Assembly (NCBI GenBank): GCA_964230645.1
Contig: CAXRHT010000002.1
Location: 1,024,001 to 1,088,000, forward strand
Direction: 5' to 3'
Origin: Bdellovibrionales bacterium
GTDB lineage: Bacteria > Bdellovibrionota > Bdellovibrionia > Bdellovibrionales > JAGQZY01
DNA: 64,000 bases
Shown here: positions 61,148 through 64,000 of the stretch, in pieces
Position numbering within the stretch: position 1 is the first letter of the stretch
Layout: every line of letters starts with the position of its first letter
Translations under genes and position numbers: made by a program
The notes under the pieces: generated by a model
Database searches by the model: none
Seen by the model: only the letters and a program-made list of their open reading frames with translations
What the model was told of the DNA's origin: nothing

Positions 61148-62344
61148 ATGTCGTTGCGCGTCTTACTGGCCGATGAAAGTGCGTCCATTCGAAAAGTTTT
61201 TCAAATGGGGCTTCAGGATTATGGTGCTGAAGTTAAAAGCGTCCACAATGGGTTGGATGTCATTGAAGTGGCCGAAAAGTTCAAACCGGATATTATTTTT
61301 GCCGATATTCTCCTGCAGAAAAAGAACGGCTATGAGGTCTCCAAAGAGGTGGGCGAGCACGACAATTTAGCCAGTGTTCCGGTGGTTCTCATGTGGAGCT
61401 CATTTATGGAGCTTGATCGCGCCCAATACAAAGACTGTGGCGCCCAAGGCGAACTTGAAAAGCCCTTTGACGTGGAAGCCATGAGAACCACAATTCAAAA
61501 CCTTGTGGGCCAAACTCAGTCGCAAATGATCTCTAGCTTTTTGAAGTTCCCCGATAGCATCACCGAGGACTTTCAGGAGGAAGAGGAAAAAAAGTCCAAA
61601 AACCCTCAACCTGCCTCCCCTTCACCGACAAGTGAGCCTATCTCAGAACCAGCCGAACCCATGAAGCTTGAGGAAGACGATGAAAGCCCGGTGCCCCAAT
61701 TGGCTTTAGAAGAAGAAGAGGATGACTACAAAGAAGAGGCCTCCTTTTTTAACACTCAGGCCCTTGATGATGAAGACGAGAGTGAAAATGAGGAGGAATT
61801 CAATATGTATGAGGTTCCTTCTGCCACTCAGATCAAAGAAACTAAAGAAGAAGCCACTTCTCAGAAAAGCCCAATATCAGCCTCCCCTGAGGAGGACGAT
61901 ATTCAGGAGAGCTGGCAGGCTCGCCCCTTAAACCATGACAACTTCGCTGGGAGTGAAGAACCTGAGCCTGAGGATCAAGAGGATAATTTTCAATCGATGA
62001 ACTTGAACGAGGACAAAAAATTGGACCTCAATGAGTTCCTCTATCGCCCCGAAAAGCCCGCTCCTCCAGCTCCAAAGCCTGAGCGTAGACAGGCGCCTCC
62101 CGAAAAAGATCCCTCCATAAAAGTGCGCGCTGTGAATATCCCCGATTATGAAGACACCATGATCAGCCCAAATTCCGTGAGTCCTGAGGAAACGGAAGCG
62201 ATCATTCGCTCGGAAACTCGAGCCTTCCTTATGAGCTATGTGCAGAAAGAATTCCCAAATCTACTTGAAAAAATAGTCAGACAGGAGTTAGAAAAGGTGG
62301 TTCAACAAGAACTGGCTTTAAAAGAAACTCCGTCTGAACCATGA
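61148..62344 (+). CDS. romR: RomR-like polarity response regulator (REC + long acidic Pro-rich linker + C-terminal helix)
   Basis: LLADES.SIRKV...NGLD...PDIIFAD...GYEV receiver, acidic/Pro linker, C-terminal PNLLEKIVRQELEK resembling the RomR C-domain; located upstream of nadC-birA. Confidence 0.75.
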   Translation: MSLRVLLADESASIRKVFQMGLQDYGAEVKSVHNGLDVIEVAEKFKPDIIFADILLQKKNGYEVSKEVGEHDNLASVPVVLMWSSFMELDRAQYKDCGAQGELEKPFDVEAMRTTIQNLVGQTQSQMISSFLKFPDSITEDFQEEEEKKSKNPQPASPSPTSEPISEPAEPMKLEEDDESPVPQLALEEEEDDYKEEASFFNTQALDDEDESENEEEFNMYEVPSATQIKETKEEATSQKSPISASPEEDDIQESWQARPLNHDNFAGSEEPEPEDQEDNFQSMNLNEDKKLDLNEFLYRPEKPAPPAPKPERRQAPPEKDPSIKVRAVNIPDYEDTMISPNSVSPEETEAIIRSETRAFLMSYVQKEFPNLLEKIVRQELEKVVQQELALKETPSEP

Positions 62345-63171
62345 TAGAAAAATTTATTGAAGAAGCATTTAACGAAGACCTGCCCGCTGGTGACATCACC
62401 ACCGAGTCCCTTTCCATTCCCAGTCATTTTGGTGTGGCACAACTCATCGCTAAACAAGACCTTATTCTCTCTGGCCAAGATCTTTTCACGAGAGCCGTCA
62501 AGTACGTCGACTCAGAGCTTGAGCTAAAATGGTTTTTTAAAGACGGCGACTCGATTCTTAATCGGCAATCGGTTTGCCAAATTCAAGGCAATCTCACTGA
62601 ACTTCTGAAGGCCGAAAGAGTGGCTCTTAATTTCCTAGGTTACCTCAGTGGAATTGCGACAACGACCCATGAATTTGCAAAGGCCTGTGGTGAGTCCAAG
62701 ACAAAAATTCTTGATACTAGGAAAACTCTCCCTCTTTATAGAGAGTGGTCCAAAAAAGCCGTCGTCGATGGTGGAGGTAAAAATCACCGTATGAATTTGA
62801 GTGACAAAATCCTAGTCAAAGAAAACCACCTGCATCTTACAGGGGGACTTGAGAGTTGCGTGGCTAAGATTCGTGAAAACTCCTCCAAAGAGATTGAAGT
62901 AGAAGTTAAAAATCTTGATGAAGTGAAAGAGGCCATTCAACTTGGGGTCAACCGAATCATGCTCGATAATATGTCTTTAGAGGACATGAAAAAAGCTTTA
63001 GAAATCACTCCTAAAACCATTGAAACGGAAGCCAGTGGGAATATGACTTTAGACAGAATTCCTGAGGTGGCCGCTCTTGGTGTTGATTTTATCAGTGTTG
63101 GAGCCCTTACCCACAGTGTGAAAACAGCGGATTTCTCTCTTCTGTTCGACTGGGAGCCGGATGTCGATTAA
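62341..63171 (+). CDS. nadC: Quinolinate phosphoribosyltransferase
   Basis: ED...GDITT, AERVALN, DTRKT, NHR, KENH, MLDN, EASG, SVGALTHS. Confidence 0.96.
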   Translation: MIEKFIEEAFNEDLPAGDITTESLSIPSHFGVAQLIAKQDLILSGQDLFTRAVKYVDSELELKWFFKDGDSILNRQSVCQIQGNLTELLKAERVALNFLGYLSGIATTTHEFAKACGESKTKILDTRKTLPLYREWSKKAVVDGGGKNHRMNLSDKILVKENHLHLTGGLESCVAKIRENSSKEIEVEVKNLDEVKEAIQLGVNRIMLDNMSLEDMKKALEITPKTIETEASGNMTLDRIPEVAALGVDFISVGALTHSVKTADFSLLFDWEPDVD

Positions 63172-63877
63172 TCTGTTCACTCATCAGTGGGCAGAGAGTA
63201 AACATCTTTCCCACCAATATTTCCCAGAAATTGAAAGTACAAATGATGTGGCTAAAAAAGAGTTTTCAAAACTCAAAACAGCTTTTCATCTCTACCTGAG
63301 TGACCATCAAACTCGTGGACGTGGCCGCAATCAAAGCTCTTGGCAAAATCTGGCTCAGGGAGAAATACTTCTAAGCACTTGGTGTTTTAGAACCGACAAA
63401 GCTCTCCAACCCTTACTCACCCCTCGCCTGGGTCTGGCCCTTTACGAGAGCCTTTTTGACACCTGGCCTACTGCGCTTCCCTTACTTCGGATCAAAGCTC
63501 CCAATGATCTTTATATTGGTGAGAAAAAACTGAGTGGAATTCTTGTTGAAGTGAGCCAGCAGGGATCAAACACCGACGTGTTTATCGGACTTGGCCTCAA
63601 TGTCTTAGGGAAACCACAAATTGAACAACCCACCACTTGTCTCAAAGACTTTGTGGAGCAACCTAAAAATAATTGGTTTAAATTTTGCGATCGACTTTTA
63701 AAAAAGTGGCAAGACGTTTTAGCGATGAGCGATCAGACTGAGCTCACCAAGGTGGAACAAGGAAAGCTTTTAAAAGCTCTTAATGTGGGCTTGCCGGCTG
63801 AAAAAAAGTATCTTGATGTGAGTGCAAAATGTGATTTATCGACAAGAGAAACGAAAGTCTCTTGGATGGATCTTTAA
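63161..63877 (+). CDS. birA: Biotin-protein ligase (monofunctional, no HTH)
   Basis: STND, QTRGRGR, KAPND, KLSGILVE, GLGLN. Confidence 0.85.
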   Translation: MSINLFTHQWAESKHLSHQYFPEIESTNDVAKKEFSKLKTAFHLYLSDHQTRGRGRNQSSWQNLAQGEILLSTWCFRTDKALQPLLTPRLGLALYESLFDTWPTALPLLRIKAPNDLYIGEKKLSGILVEVSQQGSNTDVFIGLGLNVLGKPQIEQPTTCLKDFVEQPKNNWFKFCDRLLKKWQDVLAMSDQTELTKVEQGKLLKALNVGLPAEKKYLDVSAKCDLSTRETKVSWMDL

Positions 63878-63891
63878 AAAAGGAGACGAAA

Positions 63892-64000
63892 ATGGGAAAA
63901 GCCTTTGCTATCACCTTTGGTGCTTTACTGATCTTAGCCGGTTTTATTCTCTATCGGACAGGCTACTTTCAGCCCGTCGAACTGACCGCCGGTAAACAAG
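63892..64000 (+). CDS. Start of a membrane-anchored protein, truncated at window edge
   Basis: RBS AAGGAG, then MGKAFAITFGALLILAGFILYRTGYFQPVELTAGKQ, open to the end. Confidence 0.7.
   Translation, partial: MGKAFAITFGALLILAGFILYRTGYFQPVELTAGKQ

Overview
An AT-rich bacterial chromosomal window, most likely from Bdellovibrionota. The evidence for this is a RomR-type polarity regulator next to nadC-birA, the def-fmt-rpe-hutH-hutU run, a spirochete/deltaproteobacterial-type EF-G, an FNNC lipobox, RxxAS motifs and recurrent sigma28-like promoters. It is gene-dense: about 48 CDS, including housekeeping genes (fusA, dcd, frmA/frmB, pyrE, gdhA, 2-oxoacid dehydrogenase E1 alpha/beta, prc, topA, tex, lpxD, hppA, hutUH, rpe, fmt, def, lptG, romR, nadC, birA), many orphan secreted or lipoprotein genes, and a five-gene phosphorelay cluster. 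I saw no rRNA, tRNA, CRISPR array, transposase or phage genes. Strongest unexplained signals: (1) a ~180-nt multi-hairpin minus-strand RNA candidate at 42053-42230 whose long terminator stem displays a loop complementary to a Shine-Dalgarno; (2) a sigma28-driven module of a beta-barrel plus two lectin-like lipoproteins that share a post-lipobox motif (21559-25749), with a second barrel+lipoprotein pair at 5586-10947; (3) a 166-bp palindromic MITE-like element; (4) a REP-derived 26-bp tandem array; (5) a thrombospondin-type-1 lipoprotein that appears to need an ATT start; (6) at least six genes with leaderless-mRNA geometry. All calls come from reading motifs by eye; no database searches were run.
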